Shown: positions 1 through 10,235 of the stretch, piece by piece
How positions within the stretch are numbered: position 1 is the stretch's first letter
Layout: every line of letters starts with the position of its first letter
NCBI GenBank assembly: GCA_003526375.1
Contig: DPDG01000114.1
Location: 60,818 to 124,817, forward strand
DNA: 64,000 nt
From: Lentisphaeria bacterium
Lineage (GTDB): Bacteria; Verrucomicrobiota; Lentisphaeria; Victivallales; UBA1829
Direction of reading: 5' to 3'
Notes under the pieces: model-generated
Database searches by the model: none
What the model was told of the DNA's origin: nothing
The model's input: only the letters and a program-made list of their open reading frames with translations
Position numbers and translations under genes: made by a program

Positions 1-1532
1 TTCATGCATACGCTCTTTCCGCTTCCCGTCGAGCCTGCGATCAGCAGGTGCGGCGCTTTTGCGAGGTCGGCGATCATGACTTTACCGGAAACATCCTTGC
101 CGAGAATGATTGGAATATCCGCTTTGGACCCTCTCCATGCCTCGGATTCGAACAGTTCGCGGATGAACACCATGTTGGAGACTTTGTTCGGCAGTTCGAT
201 ACCGACGGCGTTTCTGCCGGGGATCGGGGCGAGGATACGGATGCTTTCCGCGCTCATTTCCATGGCGATGTTGTTCTGGATATTGGAGACTTTCTCCACC
301 TTTACGCCGGGTTCAAGCTGAATGTCGAACCGTGTAATGCGGGGACCGACGACGGTATCGGCGACTCTGCCGTTGATCTCGAAACTGTCGAGCGTCGCCT
401 GAAGAATCGCGGATGCCTGTTTGAGGTGTTCGTCATCCTCATTTTTGACGTCTTTGGGTTTATCCAGCAGAGGAACCGGCGGCAGATTGTAATTCGCCGG
501 ATTTGCGCTTTGCATCGGAGGCGCCTGGCGCTTCTGCATCTGGGAACGCGTAACCTGCGGCGGGCGCATCCTGTCATCCGCAAACGCATCGTCGCGTTCC
601 GGCGTATGACGGTCCGTCGCGTCAAGACTGTCCGTATAGGAACGGTGTTGAGGCGGTACCGGCGGCAGTTCCTTGAAATTTTCCTCTGTCTCCGGCGGCA
701 GTTCTTCCTCCGCTTCCTGATCCGCCGGTTTGTTCTTTATGAACCCGAACAGGGAACGTTTTGCCGTCTTATCCGGTTCCGGCGTTTCCTCTCCGCCATC
801 CTCCGGCTTTTCGCTCTGTTCAAATTCCGGACGGTATTTCTGCTTCCTGACTTTTTCACCCGTTTCCGGATTTTCTTCTTCAAACATGGGTTCGCGCTCT
901 TTTCTCCGCTGTTTCCCGGTTCCTCCTGCGGATGTCCCGCGTATGGCGTCGAAGATCATGTTCTTCCAGTCCTGCATGAAAATCCAGAAAAGACCCGAAA
1001 AAATGAGACAGAGCGCCGTGACCATGGTGCCGATTGTGCCGATGCAGCGGCGGAGGATTCCTGCGGAGATGTTTTCCGTTTCAGGTGCGGCGATCAACGC
1101 TCCGAGGGCGCCGCCGGAGAGCGCGAATGCGGGCTTGCCGCTGTGCCCGATGCCGAGACGTTCCGTATGGAGAATGAACTCCTGCGGAAACAGCGCCAGC
1201 AGAATCACGATGCCGAGTATTGTTACGCAGAGCGCCATGATGTAGCCTCGCCGTTTCAGTGGATAGGGGATGAAACCGCGCGCGAGGCAGATGATCATAA
1301 GGCTTGTGACGGGATAGACCGCAAGTCCGAAAATATAAAACAATGCTCTGGAAATATTGGCGCCCAGCGGTCCGACCCAGTTCCGGAGAGGTTCTGCGGA
1401 TCCTCCGTCAAGCACCGCCAGATCCGCCTTGTTGTAGGAGAAGATCGAAAGCAGGAACAGCAGGAGCGCGATTCCGCAGATCACATATCTCAATTTGAAA
1501 GTCGTTACTTTTTCTTCATTTTCGCCAGCCAT
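1..1532 (-). CDS. ftsK: DNA translocase FtsK/SpoIIIE, 5' part (gene continues past the left window edge)
   Basis: Absent from the ORF track because it is open at the edge. Reverse-complement reading from the ATG at 1530-1532 gives [31 protein letters not shown] (membrane N-terminus). In the same frame at the window edge it gives [27 protein letters not shown] (FtsK Walker A). The + strand ORF 48..1550 is its Arg-rich shadow. Confidence 0.9.
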   Translation of the reverse strand, partial: [510 protein letters not shown]

Positions 1533-1667
1533 AGAGGAACCTCAAAATAAATGGATTGCAAAGTATATCCTGAAAAATAGCATAAATATGAAAATATGAA
1601 AGTATTTTTCCGGCGTCCGATTCAACTTTTTCATGAAAACGTGATGCGGCGCGGCAATATGCTCCGT

Positions 1668-3071
1668 TCAATCTTTCTTTTCTCCTGCTTCTGCGGCGGG
1701 GGATTGCGGCAGTTCTTTTACCTTGAGCTCAACTTCCCGCTTTGAATCATAGGCAAGATAGGTGGTGCTGGTCGGGAACGCGAATTCGAGCCCCTCGCCA
1801 TTGAAACGTTTCAGGATGGTGCGGTTGATTTCATCCGCCCAGTCGAGGCTCTGCCAGAGATTCGTGGTATTGAACCACAGAATGACCTGAATGTTCAGAG
1901 AACAGTCTGCAAATTCCACAAAATGAATCTTCGGCGGAAGTTTCGGGTCGATTGATTCATGGCTGTCGAGGATTTCATGAAGAATGGCGACGGCGCGTTC
2001 CATCTTTTCCGGCGGAGTGTCATAGACCAGCCCCAGCGTCATGACACGTTTGATTGTCTGGCGGCAGGAAACATCTTCGATTGTGGCATTGGCTGTGGTT
2101 TTGTTCGGGATCGTCACCAGAAAACCGTCCGGCGTGCGCAACCCGGTGCTGCGCAGCCCGACCCGCTCCACGGTGCCTTCCTTGCCGTCGATGCGGATAA
2201 AGTCATTGACCTTGAACGGCCGGTCGATGATAATCATCAGGGAGCCGAAAAAGTTGGCGATGGTGTCCTGTGCGGCAAATGCGATGCCGAGCCCGATGAC
2301 ACCCGCCCCTGCAAGAATCGCGGTAATATTGATTCCAAGCACGTTTTCGCAGAGAAAAAAGAATGCGAACATAATGATGATGATCTGAATCACGCGCCCG
2401 ATGACTTTGACCGCGAGACTGTCCATGCTGTTGTTCTTCCTGTTTCGCGAGAAGAATTTCAGGAGAACGGCGTCGAGCAGTTTGAAAAGATTCAGGATCA
2501 GTGCCGTTACCGCGATGGTGACGAGACCGAAATAGAGTTTTTCAAAGAAAAGATATCCGCGTTCCGGCAGGCACAGCAGCATCGGCAGAAAACTGAGAAA
2601 GACGCCGCTGAAAAACAGAAAGGCGGCATGCGGTCCCGCGAGAAGCGCACAGAATGAACCGGGGTTTTTTGCATGATACAGCCTGGCTGTGATTTTCCAC
2701 CATTTGTTTCTGATGAACCAGCGGGTGAAAAGCGAAAGGAGCAGAGCAAGAACGGAGCCGCAGAGTGCGATGATGATTCTTTTCAGTTCAAATCCCTGCC
2801 AGTTGATGATTCTGCCGGTTCCTTCGGAAACCAGATGCGTGACCGATTGAAAGAGCGTGCGGAATGCCTTGATCTCGTCTTCCTGAATGGTTTTGTCATG
2901 GACGTCAATGCCGAGCGTGTCCAGCAGAGAGTCTTCTTTTGCTCCGGCTTGTTCCGTCCGGATTGTTTTTTCTTGCTGTTCCACGGCGGGTTCCGCCGGC
3001 AGCATGGCGCAGAGGCTGAAAAGTATGACGGTCAGCAGACAGGTTGTTTTTTTCCGGATCATGAATCCCAT
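1668..3071 (-). CDS. Mechanosensitive ion channel (MscS family)
   Basis: Signal/TM N-terminus, several TM helices, then the MscS core DTIANFFGSLMIIIDRPFKVNDFIRIDGKEGTVERVGLRSTGLRTPDG. Confidence 0.85.
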   Translation of the reverse strand: MGFMIRKKTTCLLTVILFSLCAMLPAEPAVEQQEKTIRTEQAGAKEDSLLDTLGIDVHDKTIQEDEIKAFRTLFQSVTHLVSEGTGRIINWQGFELKRIIIALCGSVLALLLSLFTRWFIRNKWWKITARLYHAKNPGSFCALLAGPHAAFLFFSGVFLSFLPMLLCLPERGYLFFEKLYFGLVTIAVTALILNLFKLLDAVLLKFFSRNRKNNSMDSLAVKVIGRVIQIIIIMFAFFFLCENVLGINITAILAGAGVIGLGIAFAAQDTIANFFGSLMIIIDRPFKVNDFIRIDGKEGTVERVGLRSTGLRTPDGFLVTIPNKTTANATIEDVSCRQTIKRVMTLGLVYDTPPEKMERAVAILHEILDSHESIDPKLPPKIHFVEFADCSLNIQVILWFNTTNLWQSLDWADEINRTILKRFNGEGLEFAFPTSTTYLAYDSKREVELKVKELPQSPAAEAGEKKD

Positions 3072-3175
3072 CCTTTAATTTTACCATATTATTTCAGATT
3101 GAATATTGTATTTTTCCGGATGTATAATACATTGCTTTTCTGAAAAGGCAAATAGCGGAGGAGGTTTTTTGAGGT

Positions 3176-4015
3176 ATGGCGAAGCCGGATATTTTCGATG
3201 AAATCATAGAATGTCTCAAGACGCAGGCGCTTGTTTCGCCTGATACCTATGTGAGCCCGGAGGTCCGCAGAGAGTTCTATACGGATATCGTTAAACCGCC
3301 TCCGGTCCGGCAGACTCCCACCCGCCCCGCAGTGCCGCCGGGAGGTTACGCACGCTTCGCCGCCCAGGCTTCTCCGGTTTCTGCACCGGATGTTCCGGCG
3401 GCGCCTCCGGTTGCCGCATCGTCCGGGAAGAGACCGCGCGAGATGACATGGGACGAACTGTACGATGCCGTTGCCGTGTGCCGCGGCTGCAAACTCTGCC
3501 GCACCCGGACGAATACGGTGTTCGGAGATGGCGACCCGAAAGCTCAACTGATGTTTCTCGGGGAGGCTCCCGGAGCGGATGAAGATCTTCAGGGGCTTCC
3601 CTTCGTCGGGCGTGCCGGGGAACTCCTGACGCGCATGATCAATGCGATGCAGTTCAACCGGGCGGAAGTCTTTATCGCCAACACCGTGAAATGCCGTCCT
3701 CCGAACAACCGGAATCCCGAGCCGGATGAGACCGCCGCATGCCGTCCGTTCATCATGCGGCAGATCGGCTTGATTCATCCCAAGGTCATTGTGATGCTCG
3801 GCGCGGTGCCGCTGCGTCTGCTTTTCCCGGAGATTACAGCCGGAATCACGAGAACGCGCGGAAACTGGATGGATTATCACGGCGTCAAGGTCATGCCGAC
3901 ATTCCATCCGGCTTATCTGTTGCGCAATCCGGCGGCAAAGGCGGATGTCTGGAAGGACCTCCAGCAGGTCATGGCGGTATTCGGCAAGAAACATGTTCCC
4001 CTGCGCCGCCGCTGA
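3176..4015 (+). CDS. Uracil-DNA glycosylase, family 4 (Fe-S type)
   Basis: Motifs CRGCKLC, GEAPGADEDLQGLPFVGRAGELL, ANTVKCRPPNNRNP and FHPAYLLRNP. Confidence 0.85.
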   Translation: MAKPDIFDEIIECLKTQALVSPDTYVSPEVRREFYTDIVKPPPVRQTPTRPAVPPGGYARFAAQASPVSAPDVPAAPPVAASSGKRPREMTWDELYDAVAVCRGCKLCRTRTNTVFGDGDPKAQLMFLGEAPGADEDLQGLPFVGRAGELLTRMINAMQFNRAEVFIANTVKCRPPNNRNPEPDETAACRPFIMRQIGLIHPKVIVMLGAVPLRLLFPEITAGITRTRGNWMDYHGVKVMPTFHPAYLLRNPAAKADVWKDLQQVMAVFGKKHVPLRRR

Positions 4016-4018
4016 TGG

Positions 4019-5050
4019 CTACCTGCTGATTTTGCAGTCCAGTTTCCGGCCGTTCAAGGAGAAATGATTGAGCGTTACAGGTTCGCACATGGCAAGAAGT
4101 TCTTCGACGGAGGCCGTGGCGAGGCATTCCACCGTATCTGCGGCGCCGTAGTAGATTTTCACCTCTCCGGAATCTTCCTGAATCATTCCGCCGGGAAAGA
4201 TTACGGAACCGCGGAATCCTTCCAGTTCATATTTTTCGACGGGAGCCAGTAACGGTTTCCGGCAGAGCCCCGTCACTTTTGAGGGATCGTCCGGATTGAG
4301 GAGCATGAGCCCCGCGTAGTAGGTTTTGTTCCAGCGTGTTCCGCAGCCGAGATCCCAGCAGGAAAGATCTTTGCCTGTGTCCTTCCAGACGGCGTGGAAC
4401 AGTGTCAGATATCCTTGTTCCGTTCTGACGGGAGGTGCCGCGGGACCGATCTTGCTGTTGCAGAACGGCACATCCGCATGGGAAAGCACAATGCGCGACT
4501 CTCCCCAATGCCTGCCGTCGGGAGAAGTGGACATCCAGATATCGAAATGCTCCCGGTAGTTGAGACTGTATTCCGGGAAAGGACGTTCAAGGCGGACGAA
4601 TTTTCCATTGATTTTTTCAGGGAACAGCACCATGTTCCTGTTGTCCGGGGACGAGATGGAAAGAATTTCGATTGAACTGAAATCTTCGCTGATGAGTCCG
4701 ATGCCTCCGCATACTCCGAATCTGGTATCCGCTGCGAAACAGATGTAACACCGGTCTTCAATTACAGTCAGGCGCGGATCATAGATCCGTTCCAGTTCCG
4801 GATGGCGCCCGGCAGTTTCGAGCCACGGATGCGGCGCCGGTTTCCACTGTTTCCCGTCGTCACTGAATGCAATTCCCAGATTGATATGAATATCCTTTCT
4901 GGAATCGGGGGCAAATCCCACATCATTGCGGAATACCATGACATATTGATTCCGGTATTTTGCTACCCCGGCATTGAAGACCAGAGAGGACGGGTATGAG
5001 AGATCGGCGGAACTCAGAATCGGATTGTTTTCATAACGTTTTACGCTCAT
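4019..5050 (-). CDS. Glycoside hydrolase family 130 (beta-mannoside phosphorylase-like)
   Basis: N-terminus KRYENNPILS...VFNAGVAKYRNQYVMVFR and a length of about 340 aa are typical of GH130. Convergent with the UDG gene. Confidence 0.75.
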   Translation of the reverse strand: MSVKRYENNPILSSADLSYPSSLVFNAGVAKYRNQYVMVFRNDVGFAPDSRKDIHINLGIAFSDDGKQWKPAPHPWLETAGRHPELERIYDPRLTVIEDRCYICFAADTRFGVCGGIGLISEDFSSIEILSISSPDNRNMVLFPEKINGKFVRLERPFPEYSLNYREHFDIWMSTSPDGRHWGESRIVLSHADVPFCNSKIGPAAPPVRTEQGYLTLFHAVWKDTGKDLSCWDLGCGTRWNKTYYAGLMLLNPDDPSKVTGLCRKPLLAPVEKYELEGFRGSVIFPGGMIQEDSGEVKIYYGAADTVECLATASVEELLAMCEPVTLNHFSLNGRKLDCKISR

Positions 5051-5295
5051 GTTGCATATCTCCTTATTTTTATGTGCAGTTATAATATAAATGGATTACG
5101 GTAAAGATGGAATGCCGTTTCAGGCAATGTCATATCAATTCCGGCATATTGAATGAATTCCCTGAATGCCGCCGCTGCGGAGTTCCCGCATTGCTTTACG
5201 GCAAATAAAAATACGATATTTTTCAGTTTGAAAGATTGCCAAAAAGGCTTTTTCAATTATAATACAATATCGTCCGGAAAATATGAATACGGGAT

Positions 5296-6651
5296 ATGAT
5301 TATGAGCAATGACGCATTTTTGATTTTATTTCTGATCCTGATCGGATTGATGACGATTATTCCGCTTTTTCTCAGGAAATTCAAGATCCCCGATGTGATT
5401 GCTTTGCTCCTTGTGGGAATGTTGATCGGACCGAACGGATTCGATCTTCTCGGCAGGCTTACGCCGCTGCTTTCTTTTCTCGGGACCAGGCCGGATGTGG
5501 TGGAGGCGCATTCGCTGACGCTGATCAACTCTCTTGGTTCGCTCGGACTCCTTTTCCTGATGACGCTGGCGGGGATGGAGGCTGATTTCAAGCTTATCAG
5601 GAACAGCAGGCGCCCCGTGATCGCCTTGAGTGTCCTGACGTTTCTGATTCCTTCCGTTTCCGGTTATCTCGTCTATGCCTGTTTCAAGGCGGATGATTTT
5701 CCCGGCAAACTTCTGTATGCCTCTCTGTTTGCGTCCCATTCGGTAGGCATTGTGTTCCCGATCATCCGTGAATTGAACCTGGTGCGGAGTCTGTTCGGAG
5801 CGGCGATCCTGATTTCCACCGTGATTACGGATGTCGCCAGCATCGTGCTTCTTGCGGTCAGCGTCCAGATCAAGAAACTTTCCATTTCGCAGGACGTTGC
5901 CCTGAACAAGACTCTTTCTCTGTTCGATTACATCGACCCGAAGATTTTCGGCAATTATTTCACGGTTTTCTTTCTGGTGGTTGTCCTGCTGTATTTTGTA
6001 CTGGTTCTGTTTCTGGTCCCGAAAGCCGGAGGCTATCTGCTGAAGGTGCTTGACGAGGGGCAGGACGGACTGATTACCTGTTTTATTTTTGTGGTTCTTG
6101 TGACCGTTCTGATCGGAGAGTTTCTGGGAATCAACCTGGTTGTGGGGGCGTTTCTTGCGGGACTCGGATTATCCCGCGTCGTGAAGTCGGCAGGTGAGAC
6201 TTTCCGTAAATTCGAGGGGATCGGTTACGGGTTCCTTATTCCGTTTCTGTTCATTTCAATCGGCATGAAGACCGATCTGCGGATGCTTTTCCAGTCGGCG
6301 GGAAATCTTCAGATTATTCTGCTGACTGTTGTGGGGCTCGTCGGAAGCAAGGTTTTCTCCGGCTGGCTGGCGCTCCGGCTCTGCGGGTTTTCCAATGTGA
6401 AGGGAATTTGTGCGGGCGTTATGACCGTACCGCAGCTTTCCGCGACTCTGGCTGCCGCAGCCATTGGCAAGGAATTGGGAATGCTGGACAACAATTTCTT
6501 TAATGCCATTGTTGTTCTTTCCATTGTCACGACTCTCCCCGTTCCGAATCTTGTACGCTGGATCATCGAGCATTATCAATTGAAATTTCCGGCTCCGCGG
6601 ACGCAGGACGAAGCCTTCAGAATCACCGAAGAACAGGACGACTTGTTGTGA
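5296..6651 (+). CDS. Cation:proton antiporter (CPA2/Kef-NhaP type)
   Basis: 451 aa, polytopic (about 11-13 hydrophobic segments), with an N-terminal LLLVGMLIGPNGFDLL motif typical of Na+/H+ exchanger family proteins. Confidence 0.8.
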   Translation: MIMSNDAFLILFLILIGLMTIIPLFLRKFKIPDVIALLLVGMLIGPNGFDLLGRLTPLLSFLGTRPDVVEAHSLTLINSLGSLGLLFLMTLAGMEADFKLIRNSRRPVIALSVLTFLIPSVSGYLVYACFKADDFPGKLLYASLFASHSVGIVFPIIRELNLVRSLFGAAILISTVITDVASIVLLAVSVQIKKLSISQDVALNKTLSLFDYIDPKIFGNYFTVFFLVVVLLYFVLVLFLVPKAGGYLLKVLDEGQDGLITCFIFVVLVTVLIGEFLGINLVVGAFLAGLGLSRVVKSAGETFRKFEGIGYGFLIPFLFISIGMKTDLRMLFQSAGNLQIILLTVVGLVGSKVFSGWLALRLCGFSNVKGICAGVMTVPQLSATLAAAAIGKELGMLDNNFFNAIVVLSIVTTLPVPNLVRWIIEHYQLKFPAPRTQDEAFRITEEQDDLL

Positions 6652-6734
6652 GATTGCGAGATTGCGAGGTTGCAAGATTGCGAGATTGCGAGATTGCGAG
6701 ATTGCGAGATTGCGAGATTGCGAGATTGCGAGAT
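6651..6734. repeat. Octanucleotide tandem repeat (AGATTGCG)x10 plus a partial unit
   Basis: Direct reading gives units at 6651, 6659, 6667 (variant AGGTTGCA), 6675 ... 6723, then AGAT. The array starts on the last base of the antiporter stop codon and lies between convergent genes. Confidence 0.95.
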
Positions 6735-6784
6735 GGTGGCGTGGGGGAAGTGTTTTTCTCTTGTTTCCGAAAAAAAGTTGATTT

Positions 6785-7144
6785 TCAAAGGTCCAGCATC
6801 TGCTGAAATGGATTTTCTTCCGCTTGTGCTTTGAATCCGGGCTGCTGCCGCATCCAGTTGTCTACAAGAGGTTCCAGAATAAAGTCTTCAAGTGCCTCGT
6901 TCTTCCCGAAATCATGATCGCAGAACGGACAATGCGGATAAGATTCGATATCCGCACGTGAAAGGGTTTCATGGCATTGCGGACACAACAGACGGTGATC
7001 CAGAGAAACCATCTGCGGATTGTCGATATCCTGAAACTGATATTTATTTCTGCTGTTCTGCACGGGAATTCCTTTCAATAATAAGAGGAAAGGCGCTGGA
7101 AAAAGAATCCCGGCACACTCTGCAGTTGAGAGTATGCCGGACAT
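6785..7144 (-). CDS. Hypothetical small zinc-ribbon protein
   Basis: CPQC...(14 aa)...CPFC pair of CxxC motifs. Lies 20 bp downstream of, and co-directional with, the SDR gene. True start may be an internal Met. Confidence 0.45.
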   Translation of the reverse strand: MSGILSTAECAGILFPAPFLLLLKGIPVQNSRNKYQFQDIDNPQMVSLDHRLLCPQCHETLSRADIESYPHCPFCDHDFGKNEALEDFILEPLVDNWMRQQPGFKAQAEENPFQQMLDL

Positions 7145-7164
7145 AGAAGCGTCATACGGAAAAA

Positions 7165-8274
7165 TTATTCCGCGACAAGCCCCGGAGAAGTCTGCCGATA
7201 ATAAGACTTCGCCATCTTTTTGAGGAAATCAATATCCAGCTTCCAGGCAAGCGCCTCCGGTCCGAGAGCCGCTTTGACCTGGGTATTGTCGAATGTGATC
7301 TGAGACGCGAAATAAGGCATCAGATCTTCGATCATTCTCTGAACCATCTTTTCTTCCTTTGTGGGATTTTCGACATGGCTCAGCACCTGAAGCCCTTCGG
7401 CTTTCAACACTGCGGAAACCGCAGTATTGATATCATCCGTGGAAACAGGGCTTTCACCTGTGATGTGATAGCATTTGTTTTCCACCGGAAGCGTGAAAAT
7501 CGTGGAAATCGCTTTTTGAACGTAATCGATCGGCACAAAATAGATTTTATCCGATTTTTCGGATTCCAGACGCAGGCTGAGTTTGATCGGCGCATTCTGC
7601 GGGATATGGTTCCGGACACAGTGATGTTTTTTGACACTGCCGAGAAATTCCATGATACGGTAGAACGCCAGCGGCTTTCTGATGAGTCCGTCGGAAAGTC
7701 TGCCGACGATGATGGACGGACGGTAAATCGTATAGGGAATGCCGCATTTCTGAACCAGTTTTTCCGCCTCGAATTTACTTCTTTCGTAGGAATTGACCCA
7801 GTCGGTTGCGGGAAGCGAGCCTTCCATGACGATGCCGTTGGTTTTTCCCGCGACATATGCCGTGCTGACGTAGTGCAGAGCCTTGACTTTCAGCAGATGT
7901 GCCAGTTCGAGTGCGTTTTTTGTGCCTTCGAGATTGGTCGCATAGGTCTTTCCCTCGGGGTCTTTGCCGAGATTGACATCCGCCGCGCAATGGAAAAACA
8001 CATCATACGGACCCTTTTTTACGATTTCGTCAACGGGGAAGTTCTTGACATCGCCGCTGATGACTTCGATCTTGCCGAGCATTTTCTCTGCCAGTTCGGG
8101 AGTTCCGTCGAATGCACACTGTTCCTCGATAACCTGTTTTACGCGCTCCTGTGCTGTCTGGCCGCGTCCGCTTCTGCAGATTGCAACAATCTGAATGTCG
8201 TCCCTGCTGCGAAGTGTCGCAGTCACAAAAGACGCTCCCACCAGTCCGGTGATTCCTGTCAATAATAATTTCAA
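7165..8274 (-). CDS. SDR-family NAD(P)-dependent oxidoreductase (thioester/acyl reductase-like)
   Basis: N-terminal Rossmann motif LLLTGITGLVGASF. About 370 aa with YxxxK-type region (YERSKFEAEK). Confidence 0.7.
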   Translation of the reverse strand: MKLLLTGITGLVGASFVTATLRSRDDIQIVAICRSGRGQTAQERVKQVIEEQCAFDGTPELAEKMLGKIEVISGDVKNFPVDEIVKKGPYDVFFHCAADVNLGKDPEGKTYATNLEGTKNALELAHLLKVKALHYVSTAYVAGKTNGIVMEGSLPATDWVNSYERSKFEAEKLVQKCGIPYTIYRPSIIVGRLSDGLIRKPLAFYRIMEFLGSVKKHHCVRNHIPQNAPIKLSLRLESEKSDKIYFVPIDYVQKAISTIFTLPVENKCYHITGESPVSTDDINTAVSAVLKAEGLQVLSHVENPTKEEKMVQRMIEDLMPYFASQITFDNTQVKAALGPEALAWKLDIDFLKKMAKSYYRQTSPGLVAE

Positions 8275-8447
8275 GACTCAACTCCCTATTAGTATTAGTT
8301 TATTCATAACTGTATTACTGTTCAAAAATAACAACGGCATATCTAACTAATATAGCATATCCGGATGTTTTTTCAAAGATGCTTCATGAATTTTTTATGA
8401 TAAAGCAGGAAACGGCGGTATGATAAGAGCCCGGAAACGGCAATTTC

Positions 8448-8894
8448 TCAAACCGGAGAGGGTGTTTTTTCCTGAGCCGGCGTGTCCAGAATGCGGCGCA
8501 GTTCATAGGCGAGTGTTTTGATCCGGTGCGGTTTCTGAAGAAAACCCGCCGCACCGTTTGCAAGCAGGTCATTGACGGCATCCGGTGCGACATAGCCGCT
8601 TGAGAGCAGGACTTTGATGTTCGGGTCCAGTTCCCTGATCCGGTAGAAAGTGCTGTGTCCACCCATTTTCGGCATGATCATATCCAGCAGGACAAGGTCG
8701 ATCTGCCCCGGATTCTCCCGGCATATCTCGACTGCATCCAGGCCGTTTTCCGCCAGAATTACAGAGTATCCGAGATTCTGAAGAGCCTCAATCAGAAAAT
8801 CCCATACCGTTTCCTGATCATCGACGAGGAGTATTGTTTCGTGTCCGCCTGGAAGTTTTTCCGCCATGAATACTGTTCCGTTCCTTGTTTGCAT
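8448..8894 (-). CDS. Response regulator, receiver domain only (CheY-like)
   Basis: ILLVDDQETV ... DLVLLDMIMPKMGG ... KVLLSSGY receiver signature. No output domain and no adjacent histidine kinase. Confidence 0.85.
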   Translation of the reverse strand: MQTRNGTVFMAEKLPGGHETILLVDDQETVWDFLIEALQNLGYSVILAENGLDAVEICRENPGQIDLVLLDMIMPKMGGHSTFYRIRELDPNIKVLLSSGYVAPDAVNDLLANGAAGFLQKPHRIKTLAYELRRILDTPAQEKTPSPV

Positions 8895-8978
8895 TACCCT
8901 GCTATTATACTCACTTCGGAGAAAAAGTCAAGATTGAAACGCAAGATTGGCGGAGTTTTTCCCCGCCCGGCTCTGATA

Positions 8979-9566
8979 TTACGGGAGATTGTCCCTCGAA
9001 ATGCAGGATTTGATGATTCTGCTGACCGTTTCCGGCGCGAGACGGGAAAAGGGAATCAGCTTTGCCGGGGGGACATTGCAGCCGGCAATGTTTTTTTCAA
9101 ACCATGCCGTGTCATGCCATTCCTTATTTTTGAATCCCGCATTGCGGAAAATGCCGAGCGGGCGGAATCCCAGGCTCTCATGGAGTTTTTCACTGCGCGG
9201 ATTCGGTATCGTCACACAGCCGTAGACTGTCCGGACTCCCTGATGTTTCAGGATTTCGATCAGCAGAGCATAAAGAGTCCTTCCCATGCCGCGCGAGGTA
9301 ATGCCGGAATCAAGGTAGATGGACAGTTCCGCGCTCCATTGGTAGGCTTCCCGTTCCTTCAACTGGTGCGCATAGGCGTATCCGCAGAGTTTTCCCGATT
9401 CCATGCAGACCAGATAGGGATGAGTTTTCAAGGTGTCGGAAATACGGCGCGAGAACTCGTCGATTGAAGGAAGTTCATATTCGAAAGTGACCGATGTATT
9501 GATGTACTGCGCATAAACCGCCAGTGCCCCCGCCGCATCGTTTTTCGTTGCAACTCTGATTTCCAT
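8979..9566 (-). CDS. GNAT N-acetyltransferase (phosphinothricin acetyltransferase-like)
   Basis: MEIRVATKNDA..., acetyl-CoA site SRGMGRTLYALLIEIL. Start set at the internal ATG at 9566, preceded by GGAGAAA; the track ORF extends to 9587. Confidence 0.85.
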   Translation of the reverse strand: MEIRVATKNDAAGALAVYAQYINTSVTFEYELPSIDEFSRRISDTLKTHPYLVCMESGKLCGYAYAHQLKEREAYQWSAELSIYLDSGITSRGMGRTLYALLIEILKHQGVRTVYGCVTIPNPRSEKLHESLGFRPLGIFRNAGFKNKEWHDTAWFEKNIAGCNVPPAKLIPFSRLAPETVSRIIKSCISRDNLP

Positions 9567-9589
9567 TCCGTTTCTCCGCTGCCGCAAGG

Positions 9590-10213
9590 TTATTTCACGA
9601 ACTTCCAGGAACAGCGGTTGCCGCGGTGGTCGACGCCTGAAAGAATATCGCCGCCGTGGAGCCTGCCGATTCCTTTCGGAGTGCCGGTGAAGATCAGATC
9701 ACCGGGAAGAAGCTTCCAGTCTCTGGATATCTCTACGATGAGGCGGTCGATCGGGAAAATCATCTGCGAGGTGTCGCCGGACTGGCGGAGTTCCTCATTG
9801 ACATAACCGGAGAAACGGAGATGCTTCAAGTCGTCCTTTGCCGGGTCGAACGGAGTCAGTTCTCCCAGCGGGGCGCTGTTGTCGAATGCTTTGCAGCGTT
9901 CCCACGGCTGGTTATGGCTCAGGAGAAACTTCTGAAGAGCCCGGTGCGTCAGATCGAAGCCGACGCCGAGAGCGCCGATGAACGCGGGAGCGTCTTTCAG
10001 AGCAAGCGCTTTTCCCGCTTTGCAGATTTCCACGACCAGCTCGGTTTCATAGTCCAGATCGCCGTCCGCAGGAAGTGGAAGCTCCGCTGTATCCGTCGTG
10101 ACGAGCGATGTGACCGGCTTCATGAAGATGACGGGATCGCCTTCTTCGTTGCCGAGTTCGCGGACATGTTCCACGTAATTTCTTCCGATGCAGAAAATTC
10201 TCTGTGTCGTCAT
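9590..10213 (-). CDS. Fumarylacetoacetate hydrolase (FAH) family protein
   Basis: IFCIGRNYVEHVRELG ... PVIFMKP ... DYETELVV ... GDLIFTGTPKG. Confidence 0.85.
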   Translation of the reverse strand: MTTQRIFCIGRNYVEHVRELGNEEGDPVIFMKPVTSLVTTDTAELPLPADGDLDYETELVVEICKAGKALALKDAPAFIGALGVGFDLTHRALQKFLLSHNQPWERCKAFDNSAPLGELTPFDPAKDDLKHLRFSGYVNEELRQSGDTSQMIFPIDRLIVEISRDWKLLPGDLIFTGTPKGIGRLHGGDILSGVDHRGNRCSWKFVK

Positions 10214-10235
10214 GACGAACTGCTCTCCTCTGTTT

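Noticed and set aside
48-1550. 500-aa + strand ORF covering the first 1.5 kb
   Set aside because: It is Arg/Phe-rich and low-complexity with no recognisable motif. It lies exactly antisense to a frame that encodes a textbook FtsK N-terminus and Walker A motif, so it is a shadow ORF.
6576-6788. 70-aa minus-strand ORF translating the octanucleotide repeat (SQSRNLAISQSRNLAI...)
   Set aside because: The 8-bp unit cycles through all three frames, so the peptide periodicity is an artefact of the DNA repeat. There is no start context.
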